Below are positions 25,486 to 35,600 of a DNA stretch of 64,000 nucleotides, in pieces. The stretch is from NCBI GenBank assembly GCA_001783215.1, contig MFRA01000005.1:146824-210823 (forward strand), written 5' to 3'. The position numbers and the translations under genes were made by a program. Below the pieces are notes generated by a model that had not been told where the DNA came from, did not search any database, and saw only the letters and a list, made by a program, of their open reading frames with translations. The DNA comes from Candidatus Magasanikbacteria bacterium RIFOXYD1_FULL_40_23. Lineage in GTDB: Bacteria > Patescibacteriota > Patescibacteriia > Magasanikbacterales > GWA2-37-8. Each line of letters starts with the position of its first letter. Position 1 is the stretch's first letter.

Positions 25486-27522
25486 ATGATTGATTTTGTA
25501 AAAGAGCTGAATCAAGAACAGCTAGAAGTAGTTTTACACGGCGATGGGCCGTGTTTAGTTTTGGCTGGCGCCGGGAGCGGCAAAACCAGAGTAATTACTT
25601 ATCGGGTAGCATATCTGTTGGAGCAAGGCGTAGATCCAGAAAATATATTGCTCGTCACCTTTACCAATAAAGCGGCCGACGAAATGATTCGTCGTGTACA
25701 GAGCTTAACCAATTCTCCAAAACGCTTGCCTTGGGCCGGCACGTTCCATCATATTGCCTATAGGATTCTCAAAATTTATGCAGCTATTTTGGGTTACAAA
25801 AGTAATTTTTCGGTATTAGACAGCGATGATAGCGAAACAATTTTAAAGTTATGTGCCAAACCATTTAAATCCGATACGGGTCGAACTAAATTTCCTTCGG
25901 CACGCGTGCTTCAATCTATAATTAGTTTTGCTCGTAATTCCGAAACTACAGTAGAAGATGTATTGGATTTAAAATATCCGCAATGGATGGTTTTTGCCGA
26001 TCAGATAAAAAGCGTGGCACATGAATATGAAGTGAAAAAGAAAGAAGCCAATGCTATGGACTTTGATGATTTGTTGGTAAATTTTTGTAATTTATTAAAT
26101 CACGAACAGGCATTAAAAAAGTATTCGCAGCAGTTTAAATATATTTTGGTAGACGAATACCAAGATACAAATAAAATTCAATCTTCTATAATCAAAAAAT
26201 TGGCTAGTGCGCACGGCAATATGCTTGTGGTGGGCGATGACGCACAAAGTATTTATTCTTTTCGCGCCGCTGACATTGCCAATATTTTGCAATTCGAAAA
26301 AGAATTTCCAAATGCCAAAGTATTTAAATTAGAAACCAATTATCGTTCCACGGCCGAAATTTTAGATGTGGCCAACGACGTTATAGTTAATAATACAAAG
26401 CAATACAAAAAACAATTAAAAACTGTATTAGAAAATGGAGAAAAACCTACGCTTCACCCGCAGATGGACCAATCCAATGAAGCTGAATTTGTAACCGGTA
26501 AAATTTTGGAGCTACTAGACAAAGGCACGCCGGCCAACGAAATTGCAGTTTTGTTTCGCGCGGCGCACCATTCACAGCTTTTGGAAATGGAGTTAGTAAA
26601 AGCCGGGATTATTTATGATTACCGCGGAGGGCTTAGATTTTTTGAACGCGCTCACGTAAAAGATGTTTTGGCATATTTACGAATACTAAATAATTTGACC
26701 GATACAGCCGCGTGGATGCGTGTGCTTATGCACGAAGAGGGAATTGGCGCGGTGGCAGCTAGTAAAATTACTGAAGCATTAAAAAAAGCAACCAACGTGG
26801 AAGATGTGAAAATAATCGGTCAAGAAATTTTGGGAGAGAAAGCCAAAAATGGTTGGAATAATTTTGTGCGCATCTGGGAAAGTATGTTGGGCAAAAGCCG
26901 CACCGATACTTCTGGGCTTATACAATCTGTAATTAATTCTCCGTACAAAGACTATTTAGAAGGAGAATATATAGATAGTAGAGATAGATTAGAAGACATT
27001 GCCCAGTTGCAAGTTTTTGCCGAAAAATATAATGAATTAGAGCAATTTTTGGCCGAAGCTACGCTGCAAGAGGGTTTTGGTGGTGGCAAAGGTGGAAATC
27101 AAAACAGAGAAAGTTCTGGTCCAAAAGTGGTATTGTCTACAATTCATCAAGCCAAAGGGTTAGAATGGGCGGCTGTGTTTATTATCAATTTGGCCTCAGG
27201 TGCTTTCCCAAACGATAGAGCGCTGCACGAAAATAATGGATTAGAAGAAGAACGCCGGTTGCTGTATGTGGCCATAACTCGTGCCAAAAAACATTTGCAC
27301 CTTACGTATCCTATGTCGGGGGGTGGGTTTGGAGATTCACTTGCCGGTCCAAGTATGTTTTTAGGAGAGATTAGTTCGGATTTATTAGAGGATCATTCGC
27401 TTCTTTCTTATGGTAATGGTTTAGTGCTCAACGACGAAGCAGCTGGTGTGACATATATAAATGAAGACAAACCATTGCGTATAAAACCGGGCAGTTTTTT
27501 GCGTGGTTTGGACGATCTTTAG
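25486..27522 (+). CDS. pcrA: ATP-dependent DNA helicase, UvrD/PcrA/Rep family
   Basis: Helicase motif I AGAGSGKTRVITYRVAYLL. The TFTNKAADEM, LVDEYQDTN and NYRST motifs are also present. 678 aa. Confidence 0.85.
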   Translation: MIDFVKELNQEQLEVVLHGDGPCLVLAGAGSGKTRVITYRVAYLLEQGVDPENILLVTFTNKAADEMIRRVQSLTNSPKRLPWAGTFHHIAYRILKIYAAILGYKSNFSVLDSDDSETILKLCAKPFKSDTGRTKFPSARVLQSIISFARNSETTVEDVLDLKYPQWMVFADQIKSVAHEYEVKKKEANAMDFDDLLVNFCNLLNHEQALKKYSQQFKYILVDEYQDTNKIQSSIIKKLASAHGNMLVVGDDAQSIYSFRAADIANILQFEKEFPNAKVFKLETNYRSTAEILDVANDVIVNNTKQYKKQLKTVLENGEKPTLHPQMDQSNEAEFVTGKILELLDKGTPANEIAVLFRAAHHSQLLEMELVKAGIIYDYRGGLRFFERAHVKDVLAYLRILNNLTDTAAWMRVLMHEEGIGAVAASKITEALKKATNVEDVKIIGQEILGEKAKNGWNNFVRIWESMLGKSRTDTSGLIQSVINSPYKDYLEGEYIDSRDRLEDIAQLQVFAEKYNELEQFLAEATLQEGFGGGKGGNQNRESSGPKVVLSTIHQAKGLEWAAVFIINLASGAFPNDRALHENNGLEEERRLLYVAITRAKKHLHLTYPMSGGGFGDSLAGPSMFLGEISSDLLEDHSLLSYGNGLVLNDEAAGVTYINEDKPLRIKPGSFLRGLDDL

Positions 27523-27603
27523 AGCTTTTTTAGCAAAAAATCAGATTGACTTTTTGTCGATTTTTTGATATAATACTTACATTATACAATGTAATTTATA
27601 TTT

Positions 27604-28101
27604 ATGGACCAACTATCTAGGGTGCCTGATTCTGTAAAGTCAAAAGAACCAATTCCGATGTTACGAATTCCAATAGAATCGGATGTGCATGCAGAAGTTG
27701 GTGGAGAAATAGATCAATCAAAAGCAGAGGATGTAGAAGGTAAAAGAGAATCTACTTTGGACAACAAAGTAGAAAGCACGGTTAATTCATTTTCTGCGTA
27801 TATTGCCAGAATGGCCAAAGAGCGCGGCGGGCAAATGCCCGTAGCCGAGGCTTCCTCTATTTACTCCAATGATTTATTACCAGGTCTTCGTGGAAAAAGT
27901 TTTTCTGAAGGAGAGGAACACGACTTAGAACAAAAAATGGGTGGAACTGGATTTTATGACACAGGAAAAACTATTACAATTCCAACTAATGAAGGTGAAG
28001 CAACCTTTAATTTAGTGGCAGTTTCCAAGGCAGGAAAATCAAAACTTACGTTAGAGCCAGGTGCGTATAGTGACATTGCGCAAAGAATAGCCGGCAATTA
28101 A
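27604..28101 (+). CDS. hypothetical protein
   Basis: 165-aa ORF with no motif. Tightly followed by the next ORF. Confidence 0.4.
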   Translation: MDQLSRVPDSVKSKEPIPMLRIPIESDVHAEVGGEIDQSKAEDVEGKRESTLDNKVESTVNSFSAYIARMAKERGGQMPVAEASSIYSNDLLPGLRGKSFSEGEEHDLEQKMGGTGFYDTGKTITIPTNEGEATFNLVAVSKAGKSKLTLEPGAYSDIAQRIAGN

Positions 28102-28115
28102 TTTTTTATATTTAT

Positions 28116-28709
28116 ATGGGCGTAGATCATAGAGGTGGAGGGCCAGAACGAAGAAATCAACAAAATTATTTTGATAGCGCAAATACATTTAATGAAATTA
28201 TTAATTTAATTTCAAAAGCACCAGAAGGATCTTTGAAAGATAGTAAAGGCAATGAAATAGACGCCACAATAATAGTTGGCGTTAAAAGAGTTTTTGAAAA
28301 TAAAGATTTGGTAGGAAGTGATTTGATAAACTATATTACTAGAAATAATGGGCTTCGAGAAGCGGTGGTGCGAGCGATGGCGCCAAATTTTGATATGGAA
28401 AATAATTTAAATAATGTGTGGGTAGGGCTAAAAGCTGCCGAGCACCAAAACAATGAACTAAAAGGAGTAAATGGTTCAGGCGGGAAGCAGCTGTGCCTAA
28501 TGACAGACAGTAGTGGTAACCCTGTAGATATAGGGATCTACATTCAAGTTTTGGAGCAAATAATGGATTTCTTGAAAAAGAACCCTACAGATAAGATTCC
28601 AAATGAAAATCAATACTTTGCCCATTTTACAAGCAAATATGGCTTGCGCGGGGCGATACAAAGAGGTGTGGCTACCCTAACTGGTGATACTGGCCGTTTT
28701 ACGTACTAG
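28116..28709 (+). CDS. hypothetical protein
   Basis: 197-aa ORF with no motif. Confidence 0.4.
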   Translation: MGVDHRGGGPERRNQQNYFDSANTFNEIINLISKAPEGSLKDSKGNEIDATIIVGVKRVFENKDLVGSDLINYITRNNGLREAVVRAMAPNFDMENNLNNVWVGLKAAEHQNNELKGVNGSGGKQLCLMTDSSGNPVDIGIYIQVLEQIMDFLKKNPTDKIPNENQYFAHFTSKYGLRGAIQRGVATLTGDTGRFTY

Positions 28710-28745
28710 AAGACTTAAGTTAAGGATTTTAATTGTTCGTTAGGG

Positions 28746-28774
28746 TTGACAAAACCCTTATTTTGTGGTATATA
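28746..28774 (+). promoter_or_regulatory. consensus sigma70 promoter
   Basis: TTGACA, spacer aaacccttattttgtgg (17 nt), then TATATA. Confidence 0.55.
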
Positions 28775-28816
28775 GTTGTACGCACAAGCTGTTCAACCAG
28801 GGAGCAAAGAACTGAC

Positions 28817-28990
28817 ATGTGTCCTCCTCCAGATCGTAAAGAGCCTAGAGAGCTAAGCACCGGGGAAGTTATCCAAGAGATCGGTAAGATGTTCTTGGGG
28901 ATCGGCGAATTTGCGATGTGGGCAGCCAAGAAAAAGGCGGCCAAAGTCTTGCGCAAGAGGGCTGTGAAGCCCATTTCCTTCTACTTCTGA
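28817..28990 (+). CDS. hypothetical small basic protein (57 aa), GC-rich
   Basis: First ATG downstream of the promoter. SD gggagcaaagaactgacATG. Followed by a terminator. Confidence 0.3.
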   Translation: MCPPPDRKEPRELSTGEVIQEIGKMFLGIGEFAMWAAKKKAAKVLRKRAVKPISFYF

Positions 28991-29036
28991 TTCTGATTTC
29001 GACAGAACAGAGGTGAAGCCAATATCCTCGTTCTAA

Positions 29037-29080
29037 CCCGCAATCATAGCGGGGCTGGGGCGGGGTCTTTTTGTTCCCTT
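29037..29080 (+). terminator. hairpin(s) plus T-run
   Basis: cccgcaatcatagcggggctggggcggggtcttttt. Confidence 0.5.
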
Positions 29081-29088
29081 GACATTTT

Positions 29089-29200
29089 CTCTCTGTTTGT
29101 ATATACTCATACCCAGAACGTCCCCCATGTGGGGGTTCTCCAAAAAGCTGGAGAAAAAGACTCGTGGCTGAGCACATTTTCGTTCAGTTTTTTTGTTTAA
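29089..29200 (+). ncRNA. promoter-to-terminator unit; candidate ~80-nt sRNA
   Basis: TTGACA, a 17-nt spacer, TATACT, then the hairpin cccccatgtggggg, then ctgagcacattttcgttcag followed by a T7 run. No ORF. Confidence 0.35.
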
Positions 29201-29347
29201 TTTAAAAAATAAAATTGGTAATTTGTCCATCCGGACAGAGATCCCTGCTCCACCGCTAAAGCTATGGCGGCACGCGGTCGTCGGCCCAAAGGGGCCTCGC
29301 TCGGGATGACAAACCAATCCAGAACTCAAATAATTAATAAATAAATT

Positions 29348-29776
29348 ATGCCAACAATTAACCAACTTATCCGCAAAGGCAGAACTAGTAAAGTAAAGAA
29401 AAGCAAAGTTCCTGCTTTGCAGTTTACCGTAGACAATTTACACAGACGCAAAACTATTTTTGCAAAGGGATCCTCTTTTAAGAGAGGTGTTTGTACCAAG
29501 GTATATACAACCACTCCAAAAAAACCAAACTCCGCTTTGCGCAAAGTAGCCAAAGTACGTTTGAGTAATGGTATGGAAGTAATTGCTTATATCCCAGGTG
29601 AAGGACACAATTTGCAAGAACACTCAATCGTGTTGCTTCGCGGTGGTCGTGTAAAAGACTTGCCAGGTGTACGTTACCACATTGTACGCGGTGTTTATGA
29701 TGCTCAAGGCGTAGAAGGAAGACGCAAAGGCCGCAGTTTGTATGGAGCAAAAAGACCAAAGGCAGCGAAAAAATAG
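29348..29776 (+). CDS. rpsL: 30S ribosomal protein S12
   Basis: [12 protein letters not shown]...; 142 aa. Confidence 0.95.
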   Translation: MPTINQLIRKGRTSKVKKSKVPALQFTVDNLHRRKTIFAKGSSFKRGVCTKVYTTTPKKPNSALRKVAKVRLSNGMEVIAYIPGEGHNLQEHSIVLLRGGRVKDLPGVRYHIVRGVYDAQGVEGRRKGRSLYGAKRPKAAKK

Positions 29777-29813
29777 ACCCCCCCTTTAATCAAAAATTTT
29801 AAACTAACTTAAT

Positions 29814-30290
29814 ATGCGCGGTGGAAAAAAAGATTATCAACGAGTTATTGCTCCAGATCCAAAATACGGCAGTGTGTCACTAGCCAAATTTATCAACCAT
29901 ATAATGATGGGTGGTAAAAAAACAACTGCACAAACAATTGTTTACGATGCTTTTGATAAAATTGCTGAAGCTAAAAAAGACCCGATGAAAACTTTTGAAG
30001 AGGCTTTAAAAACTGTTCAACCTCAAGTAGAAGTAAGATCTCGTAGAGTAGGTGGTGCCAATTACCAGGTACCTATGCCAGTAAGTGCAAGCAGACAAAA
30101 TGCTCTTACTTTCCGCTGGATTGTAGAGGCTGCTCGCAACAAAAAAGGTTCAGCTATGGCCGACAGATTGGCCACAGTTCTTCTTGATAGTGCTCAAGGC
30201 GTTGGTGATGCGATCAAAAAACGCGATGACGTACACAGAATGGCAGAAGCCAACAAGGCCTTTGCTCACTTTGCTAGATTTGCGAAATAG
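29814..30290 (+). CDS. rpsG: 30S ribosomal protein S7
   Basis: 158 aa with the S7 family sequence ([12 protein letters not shown]...). Confidence 0.95.
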   Translation: MRGGKKDYQRVIAPDPKYGSVSLAKFINHIMMGGKKTTAQTIVYDAFDKIAEAKKDPMKTFEEALKTVQPQVEVRSRRVGGANYQVPMPVSASRQNALTFRWIVEAARNKKGSAMADRLATVLLDSAQGVGDAIKKRDDVHRMAEANKAFAHFARFAK

Positions 30291-30362
30291 AGGCTCCGCC
30301 TATATTTACTCATTCGCTCGGAAAAACAAAACAATTTGTTTTTCTCTCACTTATTTCGTAAA
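30291..30362 (+). promoter_or_regulatory. R2 leader element upstream of fusA
   Basis: aggctccgcctatatttactcattcgctcggaaaaacaaaacaatttgtttttctctcacttatttcg. Confidence 0.5.
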
Positions 30363-30400
30363 TAGTTTTTTTCAATCAACATATTAAATAAAATAATTTT

Positions 30401-32476
30401 ATGCCTCGAGAATTCCCCATAGAAAAAACTCGTAATATCGGTATCATGGCTCACATTGATGCTGGTAAAACTACAACTTCCGAACGCGTACTTTTTTATA
30501 CCGGTAAAAAACATAAAATCGGTGAAGTGCACGAAGGTGAAGCAACTATGGACTGGATGGAACAAGAAAAAGAACGCGGTATTACTATTACTTCCGCTGC
30601 TACCACTTGTTTTTGGAAAGGACATCGTATAAACCTTATCGACACTCCTGGTCACGTAGACTTTACTGTAGAAGTAGAGCGTTCTTTGCGTGTTCTAGAC
30701 GGAGCCGTAGCTGTGTTTGACGCTTCTCAGGGTGTAGAACCTCAATCCGAAACTGTATGGCACCAAGCTGACAAATATAACGTACCTCGCGTTGCTTTTG
30801 TAAATAAAATGGACAAACTCGGAGCAGATTTCTATATGAGTCTTGCTTCTGTTCAAGAAAGATTATCTGTAAATGCAGTAGCTGTTCAATTGCCAATCGG
30901 ACAAGACAGCTCTTTTTCTGGTTTAGTAGATATTATTCAAGAAAAAGCTTTCAAATTTGAAGGTGCAAAAGGAGAAAATATTATTGAGATGCCAGTTCCA
31001 GAAGATATGAAAGAATTGGTAGCTACTCATCGTGCAAAATTAATGGAAAAAGTTGCCGAAGCCAATGACACTTTAATGGAAAAATATTTGGCCGGACAAT
31101 CTTTTAGTATTGATGAATTAAAAACTGGTATTCGCAGCATGGTAATCAAGGGTCAAATTTACCCAGTATTGTGCGGTTCCGCTTTGGCTAACATTGGTGT
31201 TCAGCTTATGCTTGATGCTGTTGTTGACTACTTACCATCCCCAAGTGATTTGCCTCCAATCGCTGGTTTAAATCCAGATACCAATGCCGAAGAAACACGT
31301 CTTGCTTTGGACAAAGAACCTTTCTGTGCTTTGGCCTTCAAGATTGCTACCGATCCATTTGTAGGTAAGCTTATCTTTTTCCGCGTTTACTCTGGTACAG
31401 TTTCTGCAGGTACTTATGTTTATAACTCTAGTAATGGTGAAAAAGAACGCCTTGGTCGTATCGTGCGTTTGCATGCTAACCAACGCGAAGATGTATCCGA
31501 AGTTTATGCTGGAGAAATTGCAGCTGCTATAGGTCTTAAAGATGTAAAAACAGGTGATACTCTTTGTGATGAAGATAAGCCGATGGTTATGTATCGCCCA
31601 ACTTTTGCTGAGCCTGTAATCTCTATGGCGATTGAGCCAAAGACCAAAGCTGACCAAGAAAAAATTGGTATGGCTTTGCAGAAATTGGCTGAAGAAGATC
31701 CAACTTTCCGCGTTCATACCGATGAAGAAACTTTGCAAACAATTATTGCCGGTATGGGTGAGTTGCATTTGGATATTCTGGTAGATCGCATGCGCCGTGA
31801 ATTTAAAGTAGAAGCCAATGTTGGTAAACCTCAGGTAGCTTACAAAGAAACTATCAAAATTTCTGCCGAAGCTGAAGGTAAATATATCAAACAGTCTGGT
31901 GGTAAGGGTCAGTACGGCCATTGTTGGATAAAAGTAGAGCCAAGAGAGCAAGGCGCAGGTTATGAATTTGAAGATGACACCAAAGGTGGCTCTATTCCAA
32001 AAGAATTTATTCCAGCTGTAGAAAAAGGTGTAAAAGCCTCTCTTACTCGTGGTATCCAGGCTGGTTACCCAGTGGTAGACGTAAAGGTTACTGTTTACGA
32101 TGGTTCTTACCACGAAGTAGACTCTTCCGAAATGTCTTTCAAAATGGCCGGATCTATGGCCTTCCAAGCTGCTTGTAAAAAAGCCAATCCAATAATCATG
32201 GAACCTATCATGAAGGTAGAAGTGACTACTCCGGAAGCTTATATGGGTGATGTGATCGGTGATTTGAATTCAAAGCGCGGACAAATTCAAGAAATGTTTG
32301 ATCGCGGTCAAGTAAAAGTTATCAAAGCAATCGTGCCTCTAGCTAGCATGTTTGGCTACGCTACTACTCTACGCAGTGTTAGTCAGGGACGTGCCAACTA
32401 CTCTATGGAATTTGGCCACTATGCCGAGGTGCCTCGCAATGTAGCCGAAACTATTATTGCTGGAACACAGAAGTAG
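30401..32476 (+). CDS. fusA: elongation factor G
   Basis: G-domain motifs AHIDAGKTT and DTPGHVDF. 691 aa. Confidence 0.95.
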   Translation: MPREFPIEKTRNIGIMAHIDAGKTTTSERVLFYTGKKHKIGEVHEGEATMDWMEQEKERGITITSAATTCFWKGHRINLIDTPGHVDFTVEVERSLRVLDGAVAVFDASQGVEPQSETVWHQADKYNVPRVAFVNKMDKLGADFYMSLASVQERLSVNAVAVQLPIGQDSSFSGLVDIIQEKAFKFEGAKGENIIEMPVPEDMKELVATHRAKLMEKVAEANDTLMEKYLAGQSFSIDELKTGIRSMVIKGQIYPVLCGSALANIGVQLMLDAVVDYLPSPSDLPPIAGLNPDTNAEETRLALDKEPFCALAFKIATDPFVGKLIFFRVYSGTVSAGTYVYNSSNGEKERLGRIVRLHANQREDVSEVYAGEIAAAIGLKDVKTGDTLCDEDKPMVMYRPTFAEPVISMAIEPKTKADQEKIGMALQKLAEEDPTFRVHTDEETLQTIIAGMGELHLDILVDRMRREFKVEANVGKPQVAYKETIKISAEAEGKYIKQSGGKGQYGHCWIKVEPREQGAGYEFEDDTKGGSIPKEFIPAVEKGVKASLTRGIQAGYPVVDVKVTVYDGSYHEVDSSEMSFKMAGSMAFQAACKKANPIIMEPIMKVEVTTPEAYMGDVIGDLNSKRGQIQEMFDRGQVKVIKAIVPLASMFGYATTLRSVSQGRANYSMEFGHYAEVPRNVAETIIAGTQK

Positions 32477-32488
32477 TTTTACACTATT

Positions 32489-32534
32489 AAAACAAATACA
32501 CCATCTTCATATGAAGGTGGTGTATTTGTTTTAA
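32489..32534 (+). terminator. strong rho-independent terminator after fusA
   Basis: aaacaaatacaccatcttcatatgaaggtggtgtatttgtttt; the stem is about 14 bp. Confidence 0.8.
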
Positions 32535-32563
32535 TTATCCACATAGGCTCAATAGTGAATTTA

Positions 32564-32572
32564 TGGTATAAT
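32564..32572 (+). promoter_or_regulatory. extended -10 promoter (TGgTATAAT)
   Basis: ttatggtataat, ~30 nt upstream of the MKREKFF start of the giant ORF. Confidence 0.35.
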
Positions 32573-32602
32573 TCTTTCGTAAAGAAACCCTCTTTTATTC
32601 TT

Positions 32603-35600
32603 ATGAAAAGGGAAAAATTTTTTAGTTTGTATCCTGCTCTTATCAAAAAAAGATTAAAGAATTTGTTTTTGTTACTTAATTTCAAACATCGCTCCCTCCA
32701 CTTATTTAAAAAAAGACAATTTCACGCTACGGTGGCCGGTCTTTTGCTTGTAGTTATTTTGGTAAATGTATTTCAGCCTTGGTCAGACGAAATTGCTCAA
32801 GGTGCAACTTATACTTTTGTACAAAGCAGTTGGAGTGGGGGAGTTAGCGCTTCGGTTCCTCTACATCCTACCAACCAAACTAGCTGGACAAATTTTTCTA
32901 CTAGCACAAACACCTTCACTACAGGTACTACCACAGTTACCATAGCCAGTACCACCTATAGCTCTACTGATGACGGTACCTTTACCTCTACCGGTAGTGC
33001 AACCGGGGGTGGTTTTAGCAATGGTGTTACCTCTACTGTGGCTGTCTCTGGTAGTGGCGCATCCGCTGTAATTAAATTATCAGGTGGTGTAACTACGATA
33101 AATCGGGTTACTGCCACTTCTTCAAATACTGGTACGAGCGCTAACTTTCACGGTGCTTCTCAGATGATTGGTGCTTCAGGGTCAGACTACTTATATTTTG
33201 TAGAAGCTGCCAATGAGGGGAGAGCGTTACGCCGCTATTCCATTTCCGGAAATTCGTGGACAGATTTAGCGGCTTATACATACGCTTATTTTGGTGCTCA
33301 ATTACTTTGGAATGGTACCGACGATTATATGTATCTAGCAGAAGGTCAAAGTAATGCCTTTACTCGTTACTCTATCTCCGGAAATTCGTGGTCATCTATG
33401 GCGAATATACCAGCTGCCTTGCCTACAAGCATTACTCAAACTGCGGCCCTGCGCTATGGAACAGAAGATTATATATATCTTTGGAGAGGTGCCGGACAGA
33501 CAGCATTTTATCGTTATTCAATTAGTGGCGATAGTTGGAGTACCCTCGATGCATTACCAGCTGCGGCTGGCGTTGGTATTCAAGCTATCAGAGATGCAGA
33601 TAGCAATTTTATTTATGTTGCTAGCGGGGTCAGTACAAATTTTTATCGTTACAATATATCTGCAAATACAACTTCTGCGATGACAGCTATTCCAGCATCC
33701 CTTACCGGTATACAGTCTTACGCTCTCCATGATGAAGGTAGTGATTATATTTATCTTTTAGCAAATGATGGTTTTTATAGATATTCTATTTCCGGTAATT
33801 CATGGTCGACTATGGCTAGCGCCGCGTCGGTTAATCCAGATTTTGGTTCAACATTAATCCATAGCGCAGGAGAAGATGTTATATATGTAGCAGGTGATTG
33901 GGACTGTTGTTCAATTGTAAAATTATGGGGATATTCTATCGCAGGTGATTCTTGGACATCATATCATACAATTACAGCTCATTCGGGTGGTTATGGTTCT
34001 CCAAATAAAACAGCTTACCGAAGAGCGGGTGATGACTATTTTTACTTTTTCACTGCCAACCAAGATAATGAGTTGTTTAAATTTACAATAAGCCAAACCG
34101 TTTATAACTCTTCTGGTAATTTTACCTCTGCTGCTATGGATTTGGGTGTTGCCAAAATGAATTCTTTTTCATGGAGCAGTACCACGCCTTCGGGGGTAGG
34201 TAGCAATTCCATCCAATTCCAGCTTGCGGCCAATAATGATAATAGTACATGGAGTTTTGTGGGGCCGGACGGTACTAGCGGAACATATTTTACAACCAAT
34301 GGCACGACGGTTTTTCCATCTTCATTGCAACAAAATCTTCGCTATTGGAAATACAAAGCGTATTTGAGTACAGCCGACACTAGTGTAACCCCAGTGTTAA
34401 ACAGTGTTACTTTTGGTTACTCTTCTTATGCTGCCACAAGCTCGCTTATTTCTTCTATATATGATACAGCCGATCCAACCAATGTAGTGGCCAGTATTGC
34501 TTGGACTGAATATGAGCCAACTAGCACCACAGTCAAATTTCAATTACGAACAGGCGCTAGTTCGTCTAGTGTGGCTTCTGCTACCTGGATGGGTCCGGAC
34601 GGTACAAATTCTTCATACTTTACCACTTTTGGTGGCGAGACAACTACTTCCACCATGCGTGATGGCTCAAGCGATCAGTATTTCCAGTACAAAGTATTTT
34701 TAGAAACAACAAACTCTTCATACACTCCAACACTTTCGAGTGTTACAGTTACCTATGTAGTTAATGCTGCTCCAGAGATTCAAAATGTTTTGGCTAGCCA
34801 GAGCGCTACTGGCACAGTCTCTATTAGCTATCAGGCACGAGACTCAGACACAGATACAGGTACAGTAAACCCTGGCTATGTTAGTTCCACCTTTGAATAT
34901 TTAGATGCAAACGGTGCTTATCAAACTATCCCTGCAGGCCAACTTTCGGCTGGAGCAAATAGTGGTATAGCGGTAGATGATGTAAATTGGACTACAAATA
35001 CTGTTACTTGGACACCGGCATCAGGTTTAAGTGTGGCTGCTAGTAGAATTAGAGTAACAATAAATGATAACGAAGCAGCTAATAACACCACTTCTACTAT
35101 TTCAGATACTTTCCAAATAGATAGCGTTTCACCAGCTTCGGGTGCGATAGTTGTAGATGGATCTCAAGTGCCGGCTGTTGTTACCCTTACAGCCACCGAT
35201 AGTTCTTCTTTGTACATGAAAGTTTCGGAGAATAGCACTTTGTCGGATGTTTCTAGTTGGTCCGCTCTTACTGCTACCACCTCTATTACACTTACTGCCA
35301 ACCCAGCAACAGTTTATGTACAATTTAAAGACGCTTTTAACAATACGTCTAGTATTTTTAGTGCTACTACTCCTAACACGCCAAGCAGTACGATAGTTCA
35401 AGATATTTCTAACGTTTTAAACGGGGCTACTGACTACCGTTTGTTTGTGGCTTGGAGAGTAATTACTACTCCAGTGCCAGGTTTTGCAAATTATAGAATT
35501 TATAGATCTTTAGATCAATCTGATTGGACTCCGATTGCTACCAACACTTCTATAAACGACAATTATACTGCCGACAGCTCTATATCTTCTAACACACTTT

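Noticed and set aside
28869-29365. Minus-strand ORFs 28869..29177 and 29033..29365
   Set aside because: The region contains two consensus + strand promoters, terminator hairpins and the rpsL leader. These ORFs are Arg/Pro-rich GC artefacts.
31268-32167. 299-aa ORF on the minus strand inside fusA, and similar antisense ORFs (for example 15713..16507, 45295..45597, 48628..49017, 59054..59752)
   Set aside because: They are antisense to strongly supported conserved genes, have low-complexity composition and no homology. They are typical spurious reverse-frame ORFs.
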